Shown piece after piece: positions 46,838 through 56,854 of a DNA stretch of 64,000 nucleotides (position 1 is its first letter; each line of letters starts with the position of its first letter). The notes beneath the pieces are model-generated. The model had not been told where the DNA came from, searched no databases, and was given only the letters and a program-made list of their open reading frames with translations. The stretch is taken from NCBI GenBank assembly GCA_027340875.1, contig DAIENX010000007.1, positions 64,001-128,000 of the forward strand, read 5' to 3'. This DNA is from Elusimicrobiota bacterium (lineage in GTDB: Bacteria > Elusimicrobiota > Elusimicrobia > Elusimicrobiales > UBA9959). A program made the translations under genes and the position numbers.

Positions 46838-48049
46838 ATGCGTTTTTCCGATCTGAAGAAGCTGAAGGAGGAGTCGGCGACGCCCAGAGCGAGGAAGCTG
46901 CCACCCCCTCCGCCGCCGCCCGCCGAAGAAAGGACGGCCTTCGAGGCGCGCTGCGAGGAACACGCCGAGCCCCCCGAACCGGCACCGGCCGCTCCGGAGA
47001 AGCCGCCGGCCCGCGAAGCCGCGCCGCCGGAACCGGCGAAACCGCCGGAGCGCCCCACGTCGCAGGAGAAGAAGGCCGGAAAGAAGCCGTACCGCGAGCT
47101 GGAGGCCGAGGCCAGGGAGGCGTATTCGCGCCTGCTGCGCCAGGCCGCCCAGTACCTGAAAGCTTCGGACGAAGAATATACCGAGAAGTACGAATCCATC
47201 ATCGCGCTGGCTTCCGCGACCGTCAACGCGCTGAGGGAGAACCCGGTCCTGCTGGGGCTGACGGCCTACTCCACCGCGGACGACTACCTGCGCGGACATA
47301 CCGCCAACACCTTCGTGCTCTCCCTGGCGATGGGCATGGAGGCCGGTCTCGACCAGCAGGAGCTGGGCCTGCTCGGCTTCTGCGCCATGGCCCACGACGC
47401 CGGGATGACCAGCTTCTCCGCCCTTTACAACACCCCGGGCCGGCTGGGAGAGCCGGAACTCGCGGAAATGACGCTGCACGCCGAGGCCGGAGCCGCGAAG
47501 CTGGACCGGATAGTGGACCTGGACTACAAGGTCAAGGACCGGGCCCGCCGCATAGTGCTGCAGGTCCACGAGCGCAGCGACGGATCCGGCTACCCGGACA
47601 GGCTTTCCAGCGAGGAGATAGACCCGCTGGCCCAGATCATAGGAATAGCCGACGCCTACGAGGCAATGTCCCATCAGCGGCCGTGGCGGGACGCGCTCCC
47701 GCCGCATGAGGCGGTCAGGGAGCTCATCGAGAAGGAAGGCCGCGGTTTCAACGCCAGGCCGGTCAAGCTGCTGCTGGCCTGCCTGTCGATGTATCCCCCC
47801 GGCTCTCTCATAGTCCTCTCCACCGGCGAGACGGCCCGCGTACTGATGCCCAACCGCGGCCTGCTGACCAAACCGCTGGTGGAGATACTGCTGCGCCAGG
47901 ACCTGACTCCGGCCGAAGGCCAGCTGGCCGACCTGAAGGAGCACCCGCTGGTCTCGATAGAACATCCTATCACTCCGTCCGAACTGAAGGGGCGCAACCA
48001 GAAATGCGCGGCCAAGGCGGAACTCGCGCGTTGGTGGGTGGACTGGTAG
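46838..48049 (+). CDS. HD-GYP domain protein with a Pro/Glu-rich N-terminus
   Basis: AHDAG, HERSDGSGYP, IADAYEAM..RPWR, YPPGS. Confidence 0.82.
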   Translation: MRFSDLKKLKEESATPRARKLPPPPPPPAEERTAFEARCEEHAEPPEPAPAAPEKPPAREAAPPEPAKPPERPTSQEKKAGKKPYRELEAEAREAYSRLLRQAAQYLKASDEEYTEKYESIIALASATVNALRENPVLLGLTAYSTADDYLRGHTANTFVLSLAMGMEAGLDQQELGLLGFCAMAHDAGMTSFSALYNTPGRLGEPELAEMTLHAEAGAAKLDRIVDLDYKVKDRARRIVLQVHERSDGSGYPDRLSSEEIDPLAQIIGIADAYEAMSHQRPWRDALPPHEAVRELIEKEGRGFNARPVKLLLACLSMYPPGSLIVLSTGETARVLMPNRGLLTKPLVEILLRQDLTPAEGQLADLKEHPLVSIEHPITPSELKGRNQKCAAKAELARWWVDW

Positions 48050-48056
48050 GCGGACC

Positions 48057-48464
48057 ATGCAGAAGAGACAGCTGCTGCTGATAGAGGACGAAGGCTACGT
48101 GATCTCCCGCATACAGGAGATCCTCTCCGCTTTCCCCTACATCGAGGTCACGCGCACCGACGACGCCGAGCGGGCCCGCGCGCTGCTCGACGAAAAGCCT
48201 TTCGACGTGGTCATCGCCGACGTATATCTGCGCGGCGCCTCCGGGCTGGAGTTCTCGTTCAAGGCCCTGCAGAAGAACAAGGACGTCTGCGTCATACTGA
48301 TAACCGGCATAGACAACGCCGACATGGCCGCCAAGGCCGTCAAGGAAGGAGCTTTCGATTTCGTGATAAAGCCGCCCGGGCTGGAGCGGCTGGCCAGCAT
48401 GCTCAGGATGCTGGAGCTGGTGAAAGGACTAAGACCGCCGGAGGACGGCGGCCAGCAGCCCTAG
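48057..48464 (+). CDS. Single-domain response regulator
   Basis: LLIEDE, DVVIAD, ILITG, GAFDFVIKP. Confidence 0.88.
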   Translation: MQKRQLLLIEDEGYVISRIQEILSAFPYIEVTRTDDAERARALLDEKPFDVVIADVYLRGASGLEFSFKALQKNKDVCVILITGIDNADMAAKAVKEGAFDFVIKPPGLERLASMLRMLELVKGLRPPEDGGQQP

Positions 48465-49280
48465 GAAGCGCCTGGCGTAGCTGAAAGCGGAGGCGGAACC
48501 GTAGCGGCGCTCCATGAAGCGCCTGTCCGGCACGGCGTACCGCGCCAGCAGGGACGGGCGCAGCAGCACCGGCAGCAGGTATTCCAGAGCACGAGAACGC
48601 CGCAGGGCGGCCCTTTCGAAGAGGGCCGCTTTTATCTTTTCCGCGCCTCTGGGCCGCAGCTCCTCCAGGGCCCGCTCCGGCACCCGGCACGGCCCCGCGG
48701 CCAGACGTCTTACCGCCGGCCATACCGCCGGGCGTATGCCGTAGAGGTTGGACTTGCGCGAGACCCCGGCCCAGAACTTTTCCCCGTCCCCCGGAGCGCT
48801 CATTGCCAGCCGGGCGCAGTCCTCTATGGCGCGCGCGGTGAGTTCGCCGTGATGCAGCAGCGGATGGACGGCGGCGTGCAGGAAGAGGTCCTCCCTGTTC
48901 AGGGCCAGCCCCCCGGGGCCAGGCTCCAGGCCCCAGCTGAAAAGGCCATCCGTGTCCCTGATATGCCAGAGGCCGGTATGCACGTCTATGACGGCGGGCG
49001 GAGCCTCTCCGGCCGAAGGACGGACCCAGGCGTCGGCGCTGTTGGGCATTGGCCGGTAGCCAAGCTCCCTGAGCGCGCCCTCGAAAGCCTCCAGGTCCGC
49101 CGGCCTGACCAGGACGTCAGCGTCCGTCATGCCGCGCTCGCCCGGCTGGTAGAGCCCCAGCTCCAGCAGCGCCGCGCCTTTCAGCGCGGCCACCTCCACT
49201 CCGGCTTTGGCGGCGGCGTCGCGGGCCTCCTCGAAGGCCCCGAGCAGCAGTATGTCCCTGGCAGCCGAAGTCCGGTCCAT
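48429..49280 (-). CDS. Nucleotidyltransferase family protein (NTP_transf_5-like)
   Basis: LKGAAL...Y..GER.MTDADVLV, DVH. Confidence 0.75.
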   Translation of the reverse strand: MDRTSAARDILLLGAFEEARDAAAKAGVEVAALKGAALLELGLYQPGERGMTDADVLVRPADLEAFEGALRELGYRPMPNSADAWVRPSAGEAPPAVIDVHTGLWHIRDTDGLFSWGLEPGPGGLALNREDLFLHAAVHPLLHHGELTARAIEDCARLAMSAPGDGEKFWAGVSRKSNLYGIRPAVWPAVRRLAAGPCRVPERALEELRPRGAEKIKAALFERAALRRSRALEYLLPVLLRPSLLARYAVPDRRFMERRYGSASAFSYARRFLGLLAAVLRRS

Positions 49281-49283
49281 CGC

Positions 49284-49601
49284 CTAATCCCAGCGTTCCT
49301 TCTTCTCTCCCGTAGGGTGCACCTCGGTAACGGAGTCGAACTTCACGCCGTAGACTCGGCGGCCCTTGTCCTGCCGCGTCCAGACCACCTCGCCGTGGGC
49401 CTCGAGCGCGCCCCGGCCCAGCAGGCGCAGCCTGGCCCTGAGCTTCTCCCCCTTCCGGAACTCCCTGTCGGAGGAGAAGGCTATGCCGCTGGCCGAGACG
49501 TCGGAAAGACGCCCGGTGGCCGTAAGGCGGCCGTCCTCGTCCAGAAGCTCCACGACCGAATCGTGCCTGTTCCTCTCCGCCCGTCTCTGTTCCCTGCCCA
49601 T
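49284..49601 (-). CDS. PilZ domain protein
   Basis: RRAER (RxxxR), DVSASG (DxSxxG), EVVW, YGVKF; AGGAGG SD before ATG 49601. Confidence 0.85.
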   Translation of the reverse strand: MGREQRRAERNRHDSVVELLDEDGRLTATGRLSDVSASGIAFSSDREFRKGEKLRARLRLLGRGALEAHGEVVWTRQDKGRRVYGVKFDSVTEVHPTGEKKERWD

Positions 49602-49730
49602 GCTTCCTCCTGTCCCAGACCCCGCTCCCATTCTATAATATGTCGGCCGGCGCGGCGCAGGTCCCGTTATTTTTATAATATAATACAAGTGGGCGCAAGG
49701 CGCTCTATCTTGGGGATCCGGGGACGTTTT

Positions 49731-50081
49731 ATGAAGATACTGGTCGTTGACGACAATCTCTTGACCAGGAGCATGATCAGGGACCTGCTCAGCGAGATGG
49801 GCCACGAGGTGGTAGGGGAGGCCGAGAACGGCGATGAGGCCATACGGCTGTTCCGCGAGCTCGAGCCGGATCTGACGCTGCTCGACATGATCATGCCCGG
49901 CAAGACGGGCCTGGAGACGCTGCAGGAGATAAAGGCGATGGACCAGGCTGCCCGGGTGATAATGGTAACGGCCGTGCAGCAGGAATCTCTCAGCACTCAA
50001 TTACTGACTGCCGGCGCCGCCGCCGTGCTGCACAAGCCGTTCATGTACGGCGACCTCGAGGAAGTGCTTAAGACGCTCTGA
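49731..50081 (+). CDS. CheY-like response regulator
   Basis: ILVVDD, VVGEAENG, PDLTLLDMIMP, MVTA, KPF. Confidence 0.9.
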   Translation: MKILVVDDNLLTRSMIRDLLSEMGHEVVGEAENGDEAIRLFRELEPDLTLLDMIMPGKTGLETLQEIKAMDQAARVIMVTAVQQESLSTQLLTAGAAAVLHKPFMYGDLEEVLKTL

Positions 50082-50084
50082 ACC

Positions 50085-50654
50085 ATGCCGCAGAACCCCC
50101 CCTTGGACGTGCTGGCGCAGCAGGGCCTGGAGAAATGCCTCTCCAGGCTGTCGCGCATCTCCACCGGAGAATGGCGGGCTGCGATGGTTTCCGCCGGTCA
50201 CGGCAAGCCGCGCGACGTGATAGCGCGCTACGCCGCCGCCGGCGCGCACGCCGTCTTCCTCCGCCTTACCGACATCCCCGTATATTCCATCATGCTGGTC
50301 AGCCCCGGCGACATCGAATGCGTCTCCCGCGGCTTCACCGGCCATTCCTTCCCGCGGTCGGAGAAGACCTCGCTGGCGGAAGAGATCATGCTGACCGAGC
50401 TGGGCAACATCATGCTCAACTCGCTGGTGAACTCCCTGCTCAACGCCGTCAACAGGAGCGCGATGCCGGACCTGCCCGAGTTCATCGAAGGCGGGTACGG
50501 CGACATAGAGAAAGCCCTCGCCGCCAAGCTGCCGCTGGACAAGCCCTGCCGACTGATCTCCGCCGCCGTCAGCCTTCGCTGCGAGGGCCTGGCTTCCTGG
50601 ACCATGCACGCCTTCGTCCCCGAAGAGCTGGCGGCCCAGATAGAGCGCCCCTAA
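50085..50654 (+). CDS. CheC-like phosphatase
   Basis: ELGNIMLNS (ExxN) and P.LP; immediately after cheY-like gene. Confidence 0.65.
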   Translation: MPQNPPLDVLAQQGLEKCLSRLSRISTGEWRAAMVSAGHGKPRDVIARYAAAGAHAVFLRLTDIPVYSIMLVSPGDIECVSRGFTGHSFPRSEKTSLAEEIMLTELGNIMLNSLVNSLLNAVNRSAMPDLPEFIEGGYGDIEKALAAKLPLDKPCRLISAAVSLRCEGLASWTMHAFVPEELAAQIERP

Positions 50655-50696
50655 GGCCGGCCGGACGCCTCGCGCGCCGTACCGCCGCCTCCATTT

Positions 50697-51995
50697 ATGC
50701 ATAAACTTTACTACCCGGAAGACAAGCTCCCGCTTTCGCGCCTCGTGCCAATGGGTATGCAGCACGTGGTCGCGATGTTCGGCGCCACGGTGCTGGCCCC
50801 GATACTGATGGGGTTCAACCCGCAGACGGCCATCTTTTTCTCCGGTGTCGGCACGCTGATCTTCATAGCGGCCACCCGCGCCAAGGTCCCGAGCTACCTC
50901 GGCTCCTCCTTCGCTTTTATAGGTCCGGTGCTGGCCGTGACCGGCGGCAGCCCGGCCAACATCCCCTACGCGCTCTCCGGCATAGCCGCGGCCGCGGTGC
51001 TCTACGCTGCGGCCGCGGCCGTCACGATGCGCTGGGGCTCCTCCTGGATAGACAGGTTGATGCCGCCAATAGTCACCGGCGCGGTGGTGGCCATCATCGG
51101 CCTGAACCTTTCCTCGTCGGCGGTCTCCAACTTCATAAACAGCGACTTCGTTCTCGGCGGCCGGGCCGACGCGCTGAACCTGCTGGTCGCCGCCGTGACC
51201 TTCGCCGTGGCGGCCGCGGTCTCGCTGTACCTGCGCGGCTTCCTGCGCCTGCTGCCGATACTGACCGGCGTGGTGGCCGGCTACGCCCTCGCCTTCTTCC
51301 TCGGCCTGATAGGCCTGGAGCAGCTGGCCGCCGTGCGTTCCGCGCCGTGGCTGGGCCTGCCGCCCTTCACCGCGCCGGTGTTCAGCTGGCAGGCCGTGCT
51401 GGTGATAGCCCCTGTCTTCGTGGTGCTGGTGGCCGAGAACAAGGGCCACCTCGAGGCCATAGGCGGCTACATGAAGCGCGACATGAACAAACACCTGGGC
51501 CGCGCCTACCTCGGCGACGCGCTGGCGTCGTTCGTGTCCGCCATGGGCGGCGGCACGCCGCAGACCACCTACGCCGAGAACATGGGCGTGATGGCCATCA
51601 CGCGCGTCTTCAGCGTCTACAATTTCATCGCCGCGGCCTGCATAGCCCTGCTGCTCGGGCTCTGCCCTAAGTTCGGCGCGGTGATACAGTCCATCCCGGC
51701 GCCGGTGCTGGGCGGCGTGACCGTGATACTGTACGGCCTGATAGCGCTGATGGGCGTTAAGATCTGGCTGGACGCCAAGGTGGACTTCTGCTCGCACAAG
51801 AACCTGATAATAGCGGGCTCCTCCATCATCCTCGCCACCGGCCTCGGCGTGAAGGGTTTCACCGTGGCCGGGATAAATATAGCCGGCATAGCCTTCGGCA
51901 CCGTGCTGGCCGTGCTGCTGCACCTGCTGTTCTCGTTCGGCGGCGAGGACCCGCAGGACGACGCCGCATGCGACTGCTCCCCGGAGGTGAAATAG
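50697..51995 (+). CDS. Uracil/xanthine permease (NCS2, UraA/RutG-like)
   Basis: QHVVAMFGAT, PSYLGSSFAF, TTYAENMGV. Confidence 0.92.
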   Translation: MHKLYYPEDKLPLSRLVPMGMQHVVAMFGATVLAPILMGFNPQTAIFFSGVGTLIFIAATRAKVPSYLGSSFAFIGPVLAVTGGSPANIPYALSGIAAAAVLYAAAAAVTMRWGSSWIDRLMPPIVTGAVVAIIGLNLSSSAVSNFINSDFVLGGRADALNLLVAAVTFAVAAAVSLYLRGFLRLLPILTGVVAGYALAFFLGLIGLEQLAAVRSAPWLGLPPFTAPVFSWQAVLVIAPVFVVLVAENKGHLEAIGGYMKRDMNKHLGRAYLGDALASFVSAMGGGTPQTTYAENMGVMAITRVFSVYNFIAAACIALLLGLCPKFGAVIQSIPAPVLGGVTVILYGLIALMGVKIWLDAKVDFCSHKNLIIAGSSIILATGLGVKGFTVAGINIAGIAFGTVLAVLLHLLFSFGGEDPQDDAACDCSPEVK

Positions 51996-51996
51996 C

Positions 51997-53370
51997 ATGC
52001 CGTCAGGCTTCTTCTCGCTCTACCGTCCCGCCCCGTTCGCCAAGCCGCTCCCGGAAAACGAAGTCCCCGGCGCCTACCGCCGCCTGCGCTGGCAGGTGAT
52101 GCTGTCGATCTTCGCCGGCTATACTTTCTTCTACTTCGTCCGCAACAGCTTCTCGCTGGCCAAACCCTACCTGATAAAGCTTTATGGCATGAGCAAGGGC
52201 GACGTCGGCTTCATCGCCACCGGCCTCGCGGTGGCCTACGGCCTGAGCAAGTTCATAATGGGCAACGTCTCGGACCGCTCCAACCCGCGCTATTTCATGG
52301 CCACCGGGCTGCTGGCCTCCGGCCTGGTCAACCTGATCTTCCCCAGCTTCGCCGGTTCGGTGACGGTTATGTTCGCGCTGTGGTTCGTCAACGGCTGGGC
52401 GCAGGGCATGGGCTGGCCCCCCTGCGCGCGCACGCTGACGCACTGGTTCAGCGACGGGGAGCGCGGCAGGATCTTCGCCGTCTGGAACCTGGCGCACAAC
52501 CTGGGCGGCGGGCTGGTGGGCCCCATAGTGAACGGCGCGCTGGCGCTGGCGGCCGTCATGGCGGCAGGGGCCGCTCTCGGCGGCGGCCTCACGCTGAAGC
52601 TGGTCTTCTACGTGCCGGCGCTGCTGGCCATAGGCATGGGCCTGCTGCTGCTTGTTTTCCTGCGCGACACGCCGCAGTCCTGCGGCCTGCCCTCCATAGA
52701 GGATCACAAGAACGACCACCCCGACACCGGCGTGGCCGATCCGGAGAAGGAGCTGACCGCGCGGGAGATCCTCTTCAATTTCGTCCTGAACAACAAGCCG
52801 CTGTGGATAATAGCCGTGGCCAACATCTTCATCTACGTCGTGCGCTACGGCGTGCTCAACTGGGCGCCCACTTATCTCACCACCGTAAAAGCCTGCCCGG
52901 CCGACACCTCGCGCTGGCTGTTCTTCCTCTATGAAGTGGCGGGCATACCCGGGACGCTGCTGGCCGGCTGGGCGTCGGACCGTCTCTTCGGCGGCCGCCG
53001 CAGCCCGGTCTCGTTCATCTTCATGGTGCTGGTCACAGCCGCCGTCTGGGTGTACTGGAAGAACCCGGCCGGGCATTTCCTGGTGGACTCGGCCTGCCTG
53101 TTCACCATCGGCTTCCTGATCTACGGGCCCGTGATGCTGATAGGCGTAAGCGCGGTGGACCTGGTGCCCAAGAAGGCCGCCGGCACCGCGGCCGGTTTCA
53201 CCGGCTTCTTCGGCTATGTCTTCGGCGCCGTCATCGCCGAGCTGGGGCTCGGGAAGATAGTGGACCGCTGGGGCTGGGACGGCGGCTTCGCGCTGCTGCT
53301 GGCCGCCTGCGTCATCTCTATGGCGCTGTTCGCGGCCACCTGGAAGATGCACCACAAGGCGGACAGGTAG
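51997..53370 (+). CDS. glpT: Glycerol-3-phosphate transporter (MFS, OPA family)
   Basis: AYGLSKF, SDRSNPR, QGMGWPPC, WNLAHNLGG, RDTPQSCGLP, GFLIYGP. Confidence 0.88.
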   Translation: MPSGFFSLYRPAPFAKPLPENEVPGAYRRLRWQVMLSIFAGYTFFYFVRNSFSLAKPYLIKLYGMSKGDVGFIATGLAVAYGLSKFIMGNVSDRSNPRYFMATGLLASGLVNLIFPSFAGSVTVMFALWFVNGWAQGMGWPPCARTLTHWFSDGERGRIFAVWNLAHNLGGGLVGPIVNGALALAAVMAAGAALGGGLTLKLVFYVPALLAIGMGLLLLVFLRDTPQSCGLPSIEDHKNDHPDTGVADPEKELTAREILFNFVLNNKPLWIIAVANIFIYVVRYGVLNWAPTYLTTVKACPADTSRWLFFLYEVAGIPGTLLAGWASDRLFGGRRSPVSFIFMVLVTAAVWVYWKNPAGHFLVDSACLFTIGFLIYGPVMLIGVSAVDLVPKKAAGTAAGFTGFFGYVFGAVIAELGLGKIVDRWGWDGGFALLLAACVISMALFAATWKMHHKADR

Positions 53371-53372
53371 CC

Positions 53373-54110
53373 ATGACCCACCTGCTGCTCTGCTGCGCGG
53401 CGGCGCTGCTCTCCGCGCTCCCCGCCGCGGCTGCCGGGCAGGCCGCCGTACATTTCAAAACGTCCGACGGCTGCTCCCTAGAGGCTTTTTACCTGGCCCC
53501 CTCCAGCGGCGCTTACGTTTTCGTCAACGTGCACGGCCTCGGCTCCGACAAGAACGAATGGGCCCCGTTCCAGAAGGAACTGGAGAAACGGGGCATTGGC
53601 TATTTGTCGCTGGACCTGCGGGGCCACGGGAAGAGCAGGGCTTGCCGGGGAAAGGCCGCCGACTACAGGAATTTCTCGGCTGAGGATTGGGCGGCCGCTT
53701 CCAAGGATATCGAGGCGGCCTCCGCCTGGCTTGAGAAAAAAGGCCTGCCGGCCGGCCGCCAGATATTCTGCGGCGCCAGCGTAGGCGCCAACCTGGCGTT
53801 GAAAGCCGCGGCCGAGGGAAAGACGAAGCCTGCGGCGCTGGTGCTGCTGTCGGCGGGGCTGGAGTACGCCGGCGTCAGGGCCGACGCTTATCTGCCGCGC
53901 GCGCCGAAGCGCGTGCTGCTGCTGGCCTCCGAGAACGATCCCTACGCCTGGCGCAGCGCGCTGCTGTTCAGCGAGCGGGCCGGCGGATACGGGCTGAAGC
54001 TTTCCGCGCTGGACGGCGGCGCCGGACACGGCGTGAACATGTTCAAGACCCCGGGGGTCGCGGAAAAGGTCATAGACTGGGCCAAGAGCACGGAGACCGC
54101 GCAACGATGA
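53373..54110 (+). CDS. Exported alpha/beta hydrolase
   Basis: Signal peptide, VHGLG, DLRGHG, GASVG, GHG. Confidence 0.82.
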   Translation: MTHLLLCCAAALLSALPAAAAGQAAVHFKTSDGCSLEAFYLAPSSGAYVFVNVHGLGSDKNEWAPFQKELEKRGIGYLSLDLRGHGKSRACRGKAADYRNFSAEDWAAASKDIEAASAWLEKKGLPAGRQIFCGASVGANLALKAAAEGKTKPAALVLLSAGLEYAGVRADAYLPRAPKRVLLLASENDPYAWRSALLFSERAGGYGLKLSALDGGAGHGVNMFKTPGVAEKVIDWAKSTETAQR

Positions 54111-54964
54111 AAGAGAACAAGCACATAGGTAGGGACCTTGAGGACCCGGAGCGTCGCTTCGACCGCCTGACCCGCCTGGTGGGGCCGGAGGCGCTGCAGA
54201 AGCTGCGCCGCTCCCACGTGATGGTGATCGGGCTGGGGGGCGTAGGCTCCTGGGCCGCAGAGGGCGTGACGCGCTCCGCCGTCGGCCGCGTCACGGTGAT
54301 AGATTTCGACACCGTCTGCATCAGGAACTTCAACAGGCAGCTCCAGGCCCTGAGCGGCACCGTGGGCAGGGAGAAGGCCCCGCTCCTGGCCGAGCGCCTG
54401 CGCCTGGTAAACCCGGAGGCCAGGATAGACGCCATAACCAAGCCTTTCAGCGAGGAGACCTGCGGGGAGCTGATGCTGGAGCGGCCGGACTTCGTGATAG
54501 ACGCCATCGACCACATCACCTCCAAGTGCTACCTGATAAACTACTGCCGCGAGCGCGGCATACCGCTGATAGTTTCCACCGGCTCCGGCGGCCGCTTCGA
54601 CCCCACGAAGGTGCGCGTGACGGACCTGGGGCTCACCGAGCTGGATCCACTGGCCCGCGCCGTGCGCAAGATCCTGCGCGACAAGTACTCCTTCCCCAGG
54701 AAGGGGAAGTTCGGAGTGAGGGCCGTCTGCACGATAGAGCCGCCGCGCCGACCGCACGAAGGCGTGGAACTGTCCGACTGCAAGGCCGGCTGCCTCTGCC
54801 CGCAGGGCGAGAACCCGTTCCAGTGCTGCACCAAGAAGAGCGTGGTGCTGGGCACGGCCTGTTTCCTAACCTCGGTGTTCGGGATGACCTGCGCCGCGGA
54901 AGCGGTCAGGCATATCTGCGAGGGTCCGGCCAAGCCGGAGCCCCCGGCCTCTCACCTGGTCTAG
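54107..54964 (+). CDS. tcdA: tRNA threonylcarbamoyladenosine dehydratase (ThiF family)
   Basis: GLGGVGSW, DFD....NFNRQ, VIDAID, DPLARAVRK. Confidence 0.88.
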   Translation: MKENKHIGRDLEDPERRFDRLTRLVGPEALQKLRRSHVMVIGLGGVGSWAAEGVTRSAVGRVTVIDFDTVCIRNFNRQLQALSGTVGREKAPLLAERLRLVNPEARIDAITKPFSEETCGELMLERPDFVIDAIDHITSKCYLINYCRERGIPLIVSTGSGGRFDPTKVRVTDLGLTELDPLARAVRKILRDKYSFPRKGKFGVRAVCTIEPPRRPHEGVELSDCKAGCLCPQGENPFQCCTKKSVVLGTACFLTSVFGMTCAAEAVRHICEGPAKPEPPASHLV

Positions 54965-54968
54965 AAGT

Positions 54969-55712
54969 TCAGCGCTTTCCGGAAAGGAACCTGGCGGCAT
55001 TGGCGACGGAGAGTTCCGCCATGTCTTCGGCGGAGCGCCCCAGTACCGCGGCCGATATCTCCACCACCTCCGCCACCCCGGCCGGCCCCGACCGCCAGCC
55101 GGGAGCGTCGCCTTCCGGAGACTCGGTCTCGAAGAGCAGCCTCTCGGGCGGCACCGCCGCCAGGGCCGCCTTCAGCTTCTCTCGCCTGGGGTCCTTCAGC
55201 TCCCCGCCGAAGGAAAAATACCCGCCGAGCTCCGCGAAGGCCTTCACAATCTCTGGCGAGCCCCCGTAGGCGTGCAGCATGAAACACGACAGCCCGGCAG
55301 CGCTCAGCAGCTCCAGCAACCGCCCCCAGCTTTTGACGCAGTGGATCACCGCCGGGCGGCCGAACTGTCGGGCCAGCTCCAGCTGGGCCAGGAAGTCCCT
55401 CTCCTGCCCAGCCGCGCCCTTCGCCCCGTCCAGGCCTATTTCTCCCACGCAGGCGGCCGGCACCCTGCGCAGGAACTCCTCCAGGCGGTACTGCCAGCCA
55501 TCCTCGGCGCTGAACCACGGGTGGAGGCCGAAGGCCGGGACCACTCCCGGATATCTGCCGGACAGCTCGAGCACCTTGCCCCAGTCCTCCGGGCTGGTGC
55601 CGCAGCAGAGCATGCCGGCAACGCCCGCCGAGGAGGCCGCCGCCATGGCCGCGGCCTCCTCGGCGTCGGCGGCGTAGTTCTGCAGGTGGTTGTGGGCGTC
55701 GAAGTACTTCAT
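54969..55712 (-). CDS. tatD: TatD family hydrolase
   Basis: DAHNH, GLHPW, VGEIGLD, IHC, ETESP; start at ATG 55712. Confidence 0.88.
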   Translation of the reverse strand: MKYFDAHNHLQNYAADAEEAAAMAAASSAGVAGMLCCGTSPEDWGKVLELSGRYPGVVPAFGLHPWFSAEDGWQYRLEEFLRRVPAACVGEIGLDGAKGAAGQERDFLAQLELARQFGRPAVIHCVKSWGRLLELLSAAGLSCFMLHAYGGSPEIVKAFAELGGYFSFGGELKDPRREKLKAALAAVPPERLLFETESPEGDAPGWRSGPAGVAEVVEISAAVLGRSAEDMAELSVANAARFLSGKR

Positions 55713-56854
55713 TTCTTCCCCTGCTTCGTATAGCCGAAGTACATATTGATCTTTCCGGATATGCCGGGGGCGGGCTTGAAGGAATGCTCCCTGGGGTATT
55801 CCATCGCCGGACTGATCTCGCCGAACATCCAGCCGTTGTAAAGGTTGCGCCGGTAGGCCAGCACCACGGCGTAGAGCTCGGCCCTGTTGTACGGCACCGT
55901 GACCGAATGCAGCTGCAGGGCCAGTCCGACGGAATCCAGCCTGCCCACCTGCTTCACCACGGCCACCGACTCGAAGATGTCGATCTTCCTGGCCAGCGTG
56001 GTCTTCTCCGCGCTGGAGTTTATCGAGAGGGTCGCCCTCCTGGGAAGGGCGCGGGAGAAATAAACGCCTCCGGAAAGTTCCAGCCACGGGTCGGAGAACC
56101 AGCCGGCCTGCGTGAACACTATCGAGCGCCAGGCGCCCCAGAAATCGGCCTGCGCGCCAACCCGGAACTTGGCGAAGATCCTGTAGATCCGGCTTCTGGA
56201 GAGCATGAGCCTGCTACCCACGTGCAGGTCCTGCCTGAAGTGGCGGCCGGAGAACAGGCTGTACTTGCCGCCCAGCGTAGTGCCCTCGGAAGGGGTCTGG
56301 CCGCGCGCTATGCGCTCCTCGGAGGCCGACACAGAACCGTCCTCCGCCGGGGCGTGCTCTATGATCAGCTTGAGCCTGTGCAGGGTACTGGGCATATCTA
56401 TGCGCATGTCTGCCCGCGGCTCGTTCTTCAGCGGCATGTAGCGCCCCACCACCGACCTAAAGCTCAGATTCATGGAGGTTTTGTTAGCGGAAGTCGCCTC
56501 CTGGCCGGAGATCAGTTTGTCTATGCCGGTGAAAAGGGAATTGAAGATCGACAGCCCCGGGCTGACCTCGTCGAGGAACAGCACCGGCCGGTGCGTATCG
56601 CTGGAAAGCTCAACTTCCGCCGGGACGGTGGAAACTTCGAGTCCGGACGGCGCTCCCGAAGAAAGCGCCGGCGCCGCCGGCGCCGGAAGGTCCTCCAGCC
56701 CGGCGCCAGACACGGAGACGGTGGAGATCTCCGCGGTCGAAGCGGCGTCTCCGGGAAAGGCCTCGTCCCGGGCCCTCGCCGGTCCGGGCAGGACGGCGGC
56801 CAGCAGCGCGGTCAGCGCTAAGAGCGTCGCATGGTTAGGGCGGGATCCTTTCAT
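55709..56854 (-). CDS. Hypothetical outer-membrane protein
   Basis: Signal peptide, low-complexity N-terminus, alternating beta-strand pattern, YFG near the C-terminus. Confidence 0.55.
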   Translation of the reverse strand: MKGSRPNHATLLALTALLAAVLPGPARARDEAFPGDAASTAEISTVSVSGAGLEDLPAPAAPALSSGAPSGLEVSTVPAEVELSSDTHRPVLFLDEVSPGLSIFNSLFTGIDKLISGQEATSANKTSMNLSFRSVVGRYMPLKNEPRADMRIDMPSTLHRLKLIIEHAPAEDGSVSASEERIARGQTPSEGTTLGGKYSLFSGRHFRQDLHVGSRLMLSRSRIYRIFAKFRVGAQADFWGAWRSIVFTQAGWFSDPWLELSGGVYFSRALPRRATLSINSSAEKTTLARKIDIFESVAVVKQVGRLDSVGLALQLHSVTVPYNRAELYAVVLAYRRNLYNGWMFGEISPAMEYPREHSFKPAPGISGKINMYFGYTKQGKK

